Position numbers and translations under genes: made by a program
Source: Bugula neritina
Lineage: Eukaryota; Animalia; Bryozoa
Assembly: GCA_964035545.1 (NCBI GenBank)
Contig: OZ037771.1
Span: 8,735,408-8,799,407, forward strand
Direction: 5' to 3'
DNA length: 64,000 nt
Shown here: positions 12,190-25,000 of the stretch, piece after piece
Position numbering within the stretch: position 1 is the first letter of the stretch
Layout of the letters: each line of letters opens with the position of its first letter
The notes under the pieces: model-generated
The model's database searches: none
The model's input: only the letters and a program-made list of their open reading frames with translations
What the model was told of the DNA's origin: nothing

Positions 12190-14447
12190 TGTGTGTGTGT
12201 GTGTGTGTGTGAGTCTGTGTGTCTGTGTGTCTGTGTGTCTGTGTGTCTGCGTGTGTGCGTGTCTGCGTGTGTGCGTGTGTGCGTGTGTCTGTGTGTGTGT
12301 GTGTGTTTTGCAAGTCTGTTTCAGGTACACTTGTGGTCTGAGGTTCCTCTTGTAAATGCTAGTATATTGAATTTGATAGTAAATTAGAAGAAAAGCAGAA
12401 TGTCTGATCAGAATAAAATTATAGTACTGAAAACTACTTTACCTTCTGACTGAGTAGCACATGTACAGAGTTGAGCTAGCTTGTCATCTGTACCAACTGG
12501 ACATCTGTTCACTACATATCCTGCATTAGAATCAGTAATATTTTGATGCTGCTTAGACAGGTATAAGATTCTAATGCATGAATTAAACAGTTAGTCATAT
12601 ACTCATAATACAACACCATGCGAATGTCAAATTTTCGGAGGTCTCCAAGACAGAAGCACTAAGAGAAAGTAACTCCCACAAACACAACCTGACAACAGAA
12701 TATCTATAGCTAAAGTTGTTTTTGTTTACCAATCTGTCAGAATGTTTATAATATAGACTTTTCAAGGAATTCTGCTTTGCTATAATCTGCCAAACGCATG
12801 AAAGAAGAGGGTGCATTTAGGAGATTTTAAAAAGTACTAAATGTCCAACTGCTGCACGCATACATTTCACGAAGTTTCACTCACATTTTGTAGTAATTCT
12901 AATCTGCACAGAGCAAAATTTGGTTCAACTTTTATTAATTTATTTTGCCACTATATGCTTAAAATTGTATATATTATAACTGTGTAACATCATAAGCTTA
13001 ATTAGCTGTGTTCAAGATACTCTATTAGAAGGAGAGTTTCTAAACTTTAAGAATAAATCTGGTTGTTAAAACCCTGGCTGTCACATAAATATAAACAATA
13101 TTATACTAGTTTCCTTACAAGTATATGGCAAGTTGAAATAAAACCTAAAACCAAGTAAACTATATACCTGTTTGGAAATATCTTATAAATTGGTGAGGTG
13201 TTGAGTGCTCACCATGTAACCTAATGCTGTTTCAAATTCTCCCTGGTTTCTTTCATAAGAACCATAGTTTATACACTGAGTCTGCAGACCCTAACTGGTG
13301 GTGCAGTAATAGAGAAATTAAGAAAAGCTTGTGTGGTGTAAAATATAGCGACATAAGTTAAGACCTCAAACCAAAACTCATATATATAAAAAAACTGAAG
13401 ACTTTAAACCATTGAAAATTCTCGATTACTTTGTTTAAATGAGAGGTTGTGCTACTAGACCCTTTTCAGAGGTCCCCGATATTTTCTTTGCAGTAAAGAG
13501 TTGTGTCCTCTCAAAGCACTTCAGCATTTCTCAGCAACCAAAACCACAAAAATCCGTTCAAGTTTATTTTGAGAGGACACAAATCTTAATTGTAAGGGAG
13601 ATCTTGGGGACCTCTGAAAAGGGTCTATTGCTCAAGATTTGGAATATTGGAAACAATGAATACAGAGCTGGAGGTTGACATTATGCTTTCAAGTCTAAGT
13701 GATTGTATTAACCAATTATTGAATCAATTCAGGAAGGTTAATAGCGATGTTGTCATGTATGGCTTGATATTACTGCATATCACCTGCAAGCTATAATTCA
13801 ATACCAGTATATAACCTACCAGCTAATACTAATAGCATATAACCTACCAACTCATACTACTAGTATATGACCTACCAGCTGATACTACTAGTATATAACC
13901 TACCAGCTAACACTACTAGTATATAACCTACCAGCTAATTCTACTAGCATATAACCTACCAGCTATAATTCTATACTAGTATATAACCTACCAGCTCATA
14001 CTATACTAGTATATAACCTACTAGCTGATACTACTAGTATATAACTTTATTATAGTACTTTATTTCCCAAGTAAGGTAGAGTATAAGATACCTAGCACAT
14101 CATTACCTGATTGGGCTTCTCACTCCTTTACACAGCCATAATAAACACCTCTAATATAATTGCTACTAAATAATATAACATAGTGCATATAATAACTACC
14201 TTAACTACCAGAGAAAAGCACATTATACTGACAATTTATGAGTTCAAAGTGATCAATTAAGTGTGGGAATAGAGATTTGGCAGACTAATGCAATTTGCTA
14301 CAAGCTCACAGCTCACACCCTTCTGTTAGATTAGCCATGACAACACTTGCTGTTGCATGTGTAGAAAACTCTGGGTACAACCTAGAGAAGTGTTAGATAA
14401 CACATCCTAAACTATATCCATAAAGTGTTGGGTTTTCATGTTTGATA

Positions 14448-14504
<57 letters not shown>

Positions 14505-15623
14505 ATATTTTAAAGATTTTGAAGTTATTCTGTAGTTGTACTCTAGTTGGCTAATAAGTTACTTCTCAAACAATAAGACTTTCTCGTCCAAAAATATTGC
14601 AGAAACGTTGTTAGTAGAACTAACCAAATATTTATTGGCAAAAACAAGCTTTTCTAAGACCATGTAAATAACTTATGAACATGCACTAGAATGAATAACT
14701 AGGTATGAATAACTTATGAACATGTTAGACAAAAATCAGCCCAAGAAGTTAACCAGCTTTGATTATTTAACCATTACCATTTACCACATATTTATTTGCT
14801 AAAAATAAATCTGGCAACAAAGCTATGCATATACTGTAACATTTGAGCAGGTGTATATAGGCTTGTTCAGAAAATGCAACCACTGCAACTCCAATAATGA
14901 TTATAAAGCCAAAGAATTTTCAGTTAGCTACAATTGGTTTTTCTATATTATTATTCAAGAGTTATCTTTCTTGATGAGTTAGTTTTATAATTTAATAGAG
15001 CTAAAAATTTTAAGAAGTCAAGGCATATTATACAAGCACATGGAAGTCTTTCAATTTATACTCAACCTAATATTTATAACATGCCCTGTTACCTGCAGGG
15101 ACTAAAGTGAGAATAATTTAAAATATGGCTTCAAATTCAGAGAACAAATCTGTGCAACGAATGGTCCCACTTATGGTATAACGAAGCAACTACTTGGAAA
15201 CTTTATATTATGATTGTAATTAGAGTAACAATATTTTCCTCAGTTTTGGTTCATATAGAGATTTCTATTTTAAAATGCCTCAAGTGTACTCTTCAATTTA
15301 AGTAAAATATTGTGATAACTGAGGTGAGATTAAAACTAACCCTGAGTGTTTCCTATGGTCATACACTGATAGGTCCCATGTTCCAGCCTCTCTCTAATCC
15401 TCACCACATCTCCACAACATTCGCCATAGTACTTGCACTCTTCTGCTCTACTAATGTCTAAACTATTGCAGAATCCACCATTCTTGTTGTAAATTATAGT
15501 TGTCATGTTTCTGTTAGTCAAATTCTTACTAAACATGCCAATGTTTAGCTCTAGAGACTCCACACTGTCCAAAACTGACAAGAGTATTGGTAAGTAAACC
15601 AGGCAGTTGTATATCTTCATCAT
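892..15623 (-). CDS. Signal-peptide, cysteine-rich ectodomain protein, Methuselah-like/adhesion-GPCR N-terminal type (3' end probably beyond the window start)
   Basis: Phase-consistent exons 15623-15341, 12520-12443, 3110-2855, 1558-1308 and probably 1053-892. Protein has a hydrophobic N-terminus, SMB-like [19 protein letters not shown]...[26 protein letters not shown] and a second ISKCP...RLCE...YRNMFCERC repeat. No 7TM domain visible in the window. Confidence 0.7.
2575..2620 (-). repeat. Short dispersed repeat copy (family also at ~13295-13335 and ~57134-57185)
   Basis: Reverse complement ctattattgcacctacctccgtatttgtgg matches ctattactgcacctacctcctgttgtgtgg at ~57155. Confidence 0.5.
3262..3669 (+). 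repeat. 5' LTR (408 bp)
   Basis: TGTGG...CTACA; direct repeat of 10332-10739 with ~4 substitutions seen. Confidence 0.96.
3671..3690 (+). promoter_or_regulatory. Primer-binding site complementary to the tRNA-Leu 3' end
   Basis: TGGTGGCAGCGGTGGGATTC, 1 nt after the 5' LTR, is the reverse complement of GAATCCCACCGCTGCCACCA. Confidence 0.9.
3725..4594 (+). CDS. gag: Gypsy Gag (289 aa)
   Basis: Intact ORF after the PBS; capsid-like N-terminus ([17 protein letters not shown]) and CCHC knuckle [14 protein letters not shown]. Confidence 0.92.
   Translation: MADEVVDAPRQEPAAIEEDHIGGPALPMDRYHLRAPIFSGEEDVEQFITEFSDVADICGWPNRVTLIQLRLCLTGPAKPFGISQNVGDIFEAIRARFGLTARDARVQLQSLRRNPKTNLREHATVVERLAQVAYSDLPADGRQSLALDAFLQSINNLGLKQHLLVAEVETMERALRLGNAYFQADSASRPGATVQQVGADDVSTSPAKTAVQVAAAAADESSLTTSLIRELLAEIRQLRQQATAERPKRSSVAVDDRRGPVCWGCGSGGHFLQSCPRGSGRRLNSDGPR
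4546..9065 (+). pseudogene. pol: Gypsy Pol (protease lacking catalytic motif, RT, RNase H, integrase), disrupted
   Basis: [24 protein letters not shown]; RNase H DTDAS...RELLAVV...RTDH; integrase H-H-C-C, VAVDL, HSDQG, GVVER, PKFVGPY. Frameshift at ~7851, in-frame TAG at 8499-8501, frame continues to 9065. Confidence 0.93.
4570..4614 (+). promoter_or_regulatory. -1 programmed ribosomal frameshift signal
   Basis: G_TTA_AAC in the gag frame (4570-4576), 5-nt spacer, perfect 12-bp stem CGGCCCACGGTA/TACCGTGGGCCG (4582-4614); pol is in the -1 frame. Confidence 0.85.
10332..10739 (+). repeat. 3' LTR (408 bp)
   Basis: Direct repeat of 3262-3669, preceded by a purine-rich PPT-like stretch GATAGGTGTGGCGAG. 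Confidence 0.96.
11612..12306. repeat. Compound (GT)n / (GTGTGCGT)n / (GTGTCTGT)n microsatellite
   Basis: Direct inspection. Confidence 0.97.
13295..13335 (-). repeat. Short dispersed repeat copy
   Basis: Reverse complement acacaagcttttcttaatttctctattactgcacc matches 57134-57170. Confidence 0.5.
13456..13627. mobile_element. Palindromic MITE-like element (172 bp)
   Basis: Perfect 22-bp TIRs TAGACCCTTTTCAGAGGTCCCC / GGGGACCTCTGAAAAGGGTCTA plus inner inverted pair TTGTGTCCTCTCAAA / TTTGAGAGGACACAA. Confidence 0.8.
13790..14046. repeat. Minisatellite, ~28-31 bp unit (tactagtatataacctaccagcta...)
   Basis: About 8 degenerate tandem copies. Confidence 0.9.
14453..14502. repeat. (AT)n microsatellite
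   Basis: Direct inspection. Confidence 0.95.
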
Positions 15624-17109
15624 GTCCAGGATAGTTCTTCTAGTAGTAGTCAGTCTGTTTCAGCCACTCTCACTCCTCTCTCGCTTTTGTCTTATAGTAG
15701 ACTGTAGAACATACAAAATAATCTCTTTAAGATGACATTATGGTTTTCTAGCCTTTAATCTTGATTCATGACGTCGGCTTGCTAACAGGAACAACTATTT
15801 TGAAATACATTTTTATAGCAGATTACTAATGAAGCTATTAAATATTTTGGCTGAAATACAAAATTGTGTTTTAATGCTTAAGGACACGTTTAAACTGCAA
15901 TAAGCATGACAGCTGTTGAACAAGGTGCACAACTATGTGCTCAATAGATTTACTCCGTTTACTACTACAGTGTAAAATTCAAAAACACAAATCTTTGTTG
16001 GAAATAATAGACAAAATGAGCTATATAAAGTTATGTTGCCAATCTGCAATGTAAGCTTGAGCTTTTTTTAATTCTATATTAACTTTGAAATAGCCGTTAG
16101 CCATAAAATCTACGAAAAAATTTTCAACAGAAGAAACGTGTCTTTGAAAATCTTGTTCATATACCATGCATTAAAGCAACTTGACTTGCTCTTTGAATAT
16201 AGAGAGAAATAATGTATGTTGTAATTCGACACCAGAGTTTTTATTAGTTTACAATAATAGGTGTATCAAGGTATGACATCTTAATTTTTGAAAAACGATT
16301 TTGCATTTGTTTAATATCATGGATGTTTTTTAAAAACAGCACTATACCTTTTTAACTTTTAGAAATGCATATCTCTATCTACTATGGTACATATGTTGTA
16401 TATAATTATGATTATATAATTTTAGTTTCACAGTTAAGGAAAGTATATTGAAAACAAGCTCCACTGTTCAAAATGATCTAGGCCAGGTAGCTTGAAGGAA
16501 AAAACTAATAACAGTATAAACAGAAAAGTGAGTTATGTAGCACAACCTGAAAGGTGAACTTATAGTGTCTACGATCACTTTTGTTAACTAGTGCAGGGCG
16601 TTAAATTTTATATAAGAATAACAAATTTGCAAAATAGACCTCGCTGAAACGGTTGATATTACTGACACCACTGATACATCTGACACTACTGATGCATCTG
16701 CTACAGCCGGTATAGCTAGCATTACTGACACAAGCTAACACGATCTGAAAAGTTTGAACAACTGATGTGTCAGCATATTGATATGTTGAGAGTGAGTACT
16801 TTTGACCAATACCATAATATCTCTCTACTTATTAAAAATTTGGGTAAAAAATTGTCAATAGTACACATGACATATCATGCCAAGTCACTTTCACCTACTT
16901 ATGCAGGTAGCAGGGATTATCTCAACTGATCATCCACTACATCTATGAATTTCTTTAACCTGCATGTATGAGATAATCAGTATGTAAATGCAATACAATA
17001 CTAAGCAGGTTTGCTATCACTGCTGGTACCTCCTTATGCATTATTGATACTGTTTTGTCCAGTACTGTACTCCATGGCACTGATGTAGACAAAGCAAATC
17101 AACATAAAG

Positions 17110-19241
17110 TAGGGATGGGCAAATGGCGGCCCGCGGGCCACATCAGGCCCTCCTAATGTTTTAGTCAGGCCCTCAGGCAATCACTAGCAATTCTAATAAT
17201 GTGTGTACTAAGTAACACTGGCCAATCATGAACATGACTCAAGAGAAGATTCTGGCCAATGTATAGCTGCTGAAACTAATAATCACGCTTCAGTGAGCAC
17301 AATTAGAGCAGCATTACAACTTGAGTTATGTGATATCCATGCTGTAACAGATCAATTTATCACTTTGCTGCAACAACAACAGTTAGCTTTTACACTTCAC
17401 CAGTAACCAGTGAGAAGTACCCTTCAATAGCTAAACTGAGACTAAGAGTACTGAGCATATTTGGTTATACTTATAAATTTGAACGCATGTTTTCTAGCAT
17501 GAACCATATAAAAATAGTAATAGAACACGCTCACCAATGGGCATCTGCAAGATTTGCTTCGAGTAGCCACACATGAACCCATTACTAGCAGTAACATTAG
17601 TGTTATTATGGCTAACAAAAGTGTTTTTCATACTTCTCACTAATTCCAGTACTATAAGTGCACCCAATATATTATTTGCTGCTTTCTTGCTTAGGAAACT
17701 ATTTACAACTTGTTGTTAAATTAATAGACTGTCATATCTTTTGTATTCTACATCAACAAGCTACATTCTGCAATTTATACTTTCAGCCCAGGAAACTGGA
17801 AAAAAGCAATTTATATATGCACTTAGTAATGCAGCATTGTAGGGGTAAGGGGGGGGGGGGAAGCACAACAGTCATAGGGGTACAAAAAGCCGGCCAAATT
17901 GTGAGAGAACTTATTAACTTAGAGTTGTGTTTTTTGTTTAATAAGAAGGTATTGACATAATTATTCAGCCATTGTAGTTTCAACACTTGCGGAGCATACA
18001 TGTTGAAGAGGCAAGTCAAAAACTGTTTTTACTTACTTTTTTGTAAATTTTTGAAGATGTCGTTAAAGCTTTATAAATTTTTACACTGAAAGGTAACAAG
18101 CCTAGATTTTACTGATATTGTTGCCATAGCTTGTCTCTACATTCCTCAACTAGTAAAACAGCAAACTCTAAAATAAATTTTCCTTTAGCCACATTTATTT
18201 TCAATTTGGCCACATGGGGCACAATGGGCCACGCTGACCTGGGCACAATGGGCCACCTGATCATTGCACCCTGATCACTGTTATTAGTTTGTTTGCCCAA
18301 AGAGTTAGATGAAATGTTACTAAAATCTATAGATATAGCCATTTCTGACCTTTTTGTAAAATATCAAAGACATCATGGTAAGACTACAAAACTACAAGGT
18401 GAAGCTCCCCTAATATCTGGTGAGGTTATAGCTTTGCCATTTTATACATAATACAAAACACTCTGCTGTTGCTACTATAGTGGATAGTCGTGATATTCAT
18501 TATATATTATATCATTGAGGGAATATACATGTATTTGACTAAAATAAATTGTGATTTGCTCATTTCCTCCCCCCTCCCCTTCCGTGTTTTAGTCACAAAC
18601 CTCAGCCATGCACCAGCTTAGCTACAGTTCATAGAAAAAAGTCTATACTCGGAATTTTGTAGTACATGTTACTGATGAAAGTTCCTGTGAAGTGGAAATG
18701 GAAAAAAACATTTTTAGTTCTAAACAGTAATGATAATGGCACGTAGAAATGAGTGATGTGCGTTTGATTTTGCCTCCCCCTGCTATCCGTGGTGGCACAA
18801 ACTATACAGCTAAAACATGATTTTTGCTATAGATCTGAAAGAATATTTGTATTTATTTGTAATATTAAATAAATAAAGATCAGATGCAACCAAATCAAGA
18901 AAGTTTCAATATATTTGTTGTGTCCCACCCAGTGGTCCATTGTACTCGGTACCGGGCACAACGGGCTTTTTTTGACATGAAAATTTCCTTATTCTGAAAG
19001 TTGTGAAAGAGATAGAAACAACCAACTGATACCTATAACAGACAACAGATGCAGCATTTATACTAGAGATTATTGAACTAGTAACTTTAAAAACAGACAA
19101 ATGAGAGCGAAAAATTCAAAATTGGCCCGTTGTGCTCCCCCCTTACCCCTATACCTTAAATTTACAAAGAACAAACCTGGCCCTTCTTACGCCCTAAATC
19201 TTGAGGTTTGGCCCCATTTTGAAAACATTTGCCCATCCCTG
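17110..19241 (+). mobile_element. hAT (Charlie-like) DNA transposon relic
   Basis: TIRs tAGGGATGGGCAAA (17110) / TTTGCCCATCCCTG (19241) and subterminal GGCCCGCGGGCCACATC. Degenerate transposase C-terminus at ~17410-17643 (EKYPSIAKLRLRVLSIFGYTYKFERMFSSMNHIK...HLQDLLRVAT) fits the hAT dimerisation motif. No clean 8-bp TSD. Confidence 0.75.
17842..19149. mobile_element. Non-autonomous TIR DNA transposon with TA TSD (Tc1/mariner-pogo type) nested in the hAT relic
   Basis: TA|GGGGTAAGGGG...AGCACAAC at the left end and GTTGTGCTCCCCCCTTACCCC|TA at the right end; internal GGGCACAATGGGCC repeats at 18217-18257. Confidence 0.75.
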
Positions 19242-21903
19242 AGTCATAAACCCTTGTCATAAAAGCCCTTGATGAGGGAGGGAGAGAATTTCTATCACTC
19301 ATTAAAAACTACATACTATCCGCTACTGTTTATAACTGAGGCAAGACATCTTGAGAATTTAAAATGAATTCAACATAAAGACTTTTGATACAGATTAAAG
19401 TTTAAACCCACATTATGTTGAATTACCAACTGATTCCTCACTCATAGCAGCTGCTAAAGTAAGGAAGGTGCAGATGCCTAGGCTAATATCTACTAATAAG
19501 TTGTGTATTATTAATTATTAAATCGAATTAATACAAATGTAATAAAATATATAAAAAAGATATAAAATGTTTCATGGTTGTTGCATATATAATAATTCTT
19601 GTAATGTAATGCATTTTTATTATTAACTGTGTGAATGGCATTCTTTTCAGGTTACTGGCTTATTTGGTTGTTCTAAAACGTTCAATACTTTTTAGATATT
19701 ATATTCTATCTTAGTTGGTGTCGATACCACTGTAGATGTTTTCATGTCAATACAATTGTTGACGTTTTGAGAATTTCATACAATCGTTAATGCTGAGTGC
19801 CGTGAACATCATATATTAGCTTTGTTCATAGTTACAATAAAAGAATATACAATAAAATTTAACACATTTAGCACAGGATTGCAGGAGGACAGCCATCTAT
19901 GTAAGAAAGTTGGCTCAGAAGCTCGGTAACAGAATTAATGTTGCAAGTTGTTTTATATAATTACTTTCTATCTTGCAATAATATTGTTAATCAAATTAAT
20001 TTGCCTGCTCCTTGGAAACTGAAATAAATTAGAGAAATTTTCCTTATCCAGATATTTTAGATAGTAAAGATAAAGATATTCATTATGCATGCAAGGAAAA
20101 TATACTCAAGTATATCGACTGACTCTTTCATAGTGATTACTGCCAACATTACTAAGTTAGTAAACTAGACTATACTTACAAGGTATGAGCCACAGTCTAC
20201 AGTCTACAAGATTGTTACTAACTAATAGTAAGAATAATGTATACAGTCAATCACAGCTTCTCACAAGTATCCCTTCCTGAATTCTAGTAAAGCCAATAAA
20301 TTTGCATAGGTTTTCTTATACCTGTAGATAAACAAAACTATCTCTGGTTATGACAAAATAGATGTAGTAGAGCAGACTATGTGTATGATAGTGAAATATA
20401 GCTGTCTAAGGCAGCGACCGTTTGATCATGTGACCTTGCAGCCAATCACGTGCACACACACACACACAATTGTCTAGCATTATAATGCCTACTCCTATTT
20501 AGCCGATAGTAACTCATCCCTTCACTTCTATAATTTGAATACAGTCAAATAAATCTAGTAGTTGTTTGTTTTTCTTTCAATGATACATGCATATTACAAA
20601 ACTTGCTTTTTTCCAGTTTCACTTTTTAAAAGAGTTTTTATCTTATTTTTGATCAATTATATACAATATACGTACTTTCCTAGGCTTGCTACTTTTACCA
20701 ACAGCCTTTAATATCTTCTCAGTAGTTTTGGAACTATATATAAGAAGTTAGAAATCTGTTTTTAGCACTATGTCTTATTCTGTGACCATTGCTAGGTATA
20801 CACGCGCAAGAGTTCTATTTAGATGACCAATATTATATAATATTACCCAACAATACTGTTTAATTTTCTGACTGCTAATAGCAAGAGCTGATCACTTGTT
20901 TGGGGAAATGTTTGTTGATATGAAATAAAGTCTGGCGTTTGGTGACTCATTGAAATGTAGCTGCAAGGCTTGATTTCTGTGGGCACCTGCTTTTAATTTT
21001 TAAGTGCATTTTTACAAAAACATAATCAATAATGCAGGCAGCTGACCTTTATACCAGTCTTTTACAAGCTTGATTCCTCAACCAATCAAAAGTAATTACA
21101 TTAGTTAAACATCTTTCTTATAGTGACAGCCTTAGATTTTAAATCTAATTTCCATGTTCTGTGCAAAAATCGTTTTGCTTGAGCTTGTGATTTGTATTTT
21201 GGTGGCTAGATTTGGATACTGTGACTGTTTGTTAGACAGTTTCTCATTCTACAAACTTCTGTTAGAACTCAGGCTATGAAACCCCAACTCCACACCCACC
21301 TCTTTTTCATTATACACAGAAGCAGTGTATGTGTTGCTATAAGTGGTGAGATCAGAGTCTACATTATTTCTCTGCTTTCACTTGAAGTATTAAGTGAGCT
21401 ATTTAACAGTCAATTCCCAAAGTGAAGGGAATTTGCTCTAATTATGTTGAAATACATTATATTATTGTTTCAAAGCTGATGATTATATGCCAAGGATCAA
21501 TTGCTGAAAAAAGTTCAGTAGAACAATTTCAGTGAAGTATACATTTTTGTAAAGGTCACTCAGTCAGCATTAAGAGTGATAGAAAGTAAAATGTGTAAGT
21601 CCAGTGACTAGAACATCAACAGAGACATTACTGGAGAATAAGCAACCCGCTGCTACTAGAAGTGGCTGATTTATCAGTCATGCAGCTGCATGTATGTAGA
21701 CTGAGTAGTTGCATTTTACTAGTAATTAAAGTATTTATGACAGTCAATTGTTAAAAGTGCTTAAAATTTATTGAGCCAAACATATTTGAGTGGTGCATTT
21801 GCCCTTTAGCTATCTACAACACCACTCAGACTTGGGATATATACTACCATTATGCAAATATATTTTTCATTCAGTACATAGGAACGTAGTGATAGTCTAT
21901 ACC

Positions 21904-22050
21904 CTATACCAACCATGCATGTGCTATAACAACCATGTGCTATACCAACCATGTGCTATAACAACCATGTGCTATAACAATCATGTACTATACCAACCAT
22001 GTGCTATACCAACAAAGTCGTATGTCAATATTGAATGTGCTATAACAACT
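21904..22050. repeat. Short minisatellite (aaccatgtgctatac...)
   Basis: Tandem ~17-bp degenerate copies. Confidence 0.85.
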
Positions 22051-25000
22051 GTATACTTGAACTAAACACGCAGGTAAAATAATAACCAACCAACACAGCA
22101 AGCATTGCCTCTGAATCTTTCAATATATTCATATGTAACACTTAGTATCAGTATAATGCTTAGAAATGCATAATCAAAAACTTCATGCATTTTCACATAT
22201 TTTTTCCACTGGAAATAAAACAGTTTGATTTATGATACGCCTGTAATGAAATAACATAATAGTAAGTTGATGTTGCAGAAGTAATATTACGCTATGTAAT
22301 ATATAATGATCGTACAATGTGTGTAGCATATAACAGTAGTATAATATAATCATCTATTATTAATAGTCAATATTCCTTTATTTATGTCAATGACCTGTTT
22401 ATGTTTCTTGGCAGTCAGTATATAATGTCAAAGTAATTACTTAGCATCTAATGAGATTCCTGTATACAATTTGTGTTATTAACTGCTTTGTAAGAGTTTC
22501 TATCACTATGTTCCCAATGTTTTGCATGGTTCTTTTAATAAATGTTTGGAAATAGTTACAGAACAAAACCCCAACCAAAAGTTAATGGAAACCGCAACCA
22601 TAAATTCATTTGTAGGAGCTCTATTTTAAACTCAGGGGCAGCAAAACATTTTACACTGTGTTGTTACAACAAATTGCAGAGCTCTGTGAATTATTTGAAT
22701 TCTGAGCTAATTGAACGTTCCTTTGGTTGTCCAAAAAATTTATATGATGCTAGAAATGTTTCCCAGTCTCTATGGGTTGGTTGGTTCAACTAACTTTTTT
22801 TAGCAGGTAACCTTTAATATAGCACAATCCATACACCCATACAACACAATAGGAAGCATTTTAGTAGCAATAAAGTTCTATAATTTAGCTAGTAAGAATT
22901 ATGTTAGCTTTTGGTATAAAAGGGGCAAAGGAAATTTTCTAATACAAGAATTGTGCAATTAGTATATAGTGAGGCAGAACCAGTACTGATGTACATATAA
23001 TTTAATAAATGTAACAAACATCAGTTTCATCTGTGCTGATATACAATCCACATTTGGTGGAGTTGTGTCACACATGTGTTTAGAGGAAACAACTCTTGTA
23101 TACTATATTCTGTAAACAATTTCCTCCCAAAATTTATTTTACTAGTAAATTATGTGGCTGGAGCGGTATATTGCTTGCTCTGCTTGTCTATTTACACCAG
23201 AGAACTTCAACTTGTCTGCACAGGTCATCACAGCACTCCTTTATAATTATTAGAACACTCAAAATTCATTATCAAACCAGTATCAAATATTAACAGCTAT
23301 TCAAGAGATGAAAGCTTCTTGTTCAACATGTGTTTGAAGCGGTATTATCTCCAACTGCCCACTGGAATTGAGCCATCAGCTGATAAAAGAAGGTCATGCT
23401 TCAATTTATACTAGAATAATGTCAACCCAACAAATAAAGAGCATTAATATTGGGTGAAAAAGCAATTTTCTTAAAAAAAGGGGAGATGATTTCAATTTTG
23501 ACCTTTAATTTTCCAGACTGAAAGAAATTATGTTGGTCGGAATAAACTAAAAGTTGATGTGAACTATAAAAACACTATAAGGTCTACACACTGAAAATTA
23601 AAATTTTAGATACCAAATTGGCCAACCCCTGTATATCCACCTCTTTCAATTAGTGAAAATCTCCCCAGATACAAAAAAGTTAATAGCAGATTTGAAATTA
23701 GTAGAATGTATGCTTTGCATGCAAGTGATATGTAGCAACAGAGGTTAGTATTGATGTGCTCTACCCGACCATTTTTGCAAGTTGACACCCCAACTAATAG
23801 CTATATCAATTTACTTCCACTGTTGCATAATAATTTTTTTAAGTTTGTGAAAATATAGTTATGTGAGTGAAGTACCACAACTATGATATTTGCTTTCAGA
23901 CAGATACAAAACAATGTTACACAATGTTACAAAACACTATTACTAGCTAGACCTCACTTTTGATAGGTTATGGTGACTATCATGAGGCTTCTTGGTTGCT
24001 CTTAAGTTTGTAGCTATGATAACACAGTTGCACAAAATTCAGATTAGATGATGATCTCTCAAAATCATTCAGTATTTATACCAAAATGGAAGTACTCGGT
24101 AAACTGTGGGGCATTGAGTAAAACACAGGTTTGCTTATAAAGAGTTTAAGTACCAACTTGTATGTTCTCTAAATCAACTAGGTCCACACCTCAGTATTCA
24201 GGCTGAACTTTTTTTGACTATGCTGCTTGGCAAGCGACTTTTTATCGTGCAGCATTTGAAGCAAATTATGAGCTATTTCTAGTGGATCTACAGCATCTAA
24301 CTATTATTGACATATCTCTATTACATCATTTTGTTTAATGCACAAGCTGTTATGGTGAGATTTGAATCAATTTGGAGTATCGTAAACTCACCGAATAATA
24401 TATAGGTTGTAGCCTTTGCGTGAGCTTGGGGTCGGTATACAGTTACGGGTTAATGGCTTGGCTGCGAGGTAACTTCAGCTCCCATCTGTCCGGTAGGAGT
24501 GAAGTTGAGACTCCGGTTAGGGTAGTTGGCTGATGGTGCTCCTCAGTCTATGATCCTGGGCTAGCACTCACTAACTATCCTAACACATTCTGATTGGGTC
24601 GCATACATTCTATACAAATATCCTCAATTGTTCCTCAATCAGTCTACAATCCCCCAATTTTCCCATTTACACTGGGTTTTACAGCTACAACACTCACACA
24701 AGCCACACCCACGCTATATCCAATATCTCAGAGTTGTGCACCCTCCACACACGCAATAACAAGAGAAGACAACTACACATACTTATAAATCGCGATATAC
24801 CATTGCTTCTCCAGCATTGGGATAACTAGCCACTAAGTTGCATGCTGAAGGATCGAACTGTACTGTGTAGGTATTAACACTTTCTATGCTTTCCTTTTTT
24901 GCTCTCAATGTTATCTTGTCAGTGTTTTTTTCATGCACTTTCTTGAGTATATACTTTATTACATCTTTATACTACAGAGAGGCAGTCCTTGGCATATACG

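Noticed and set aside
11545-12387. His/Thr and Cys/Val-rich ORFs
   Set aside because: Translations of the GT microsatellite
24408-24689. Possible solo LTR (TGTAGC...GCTACA)
   Set aside because: Flanks (AGGT / ACAC) show no target-site duplication and there is no second copy in the window
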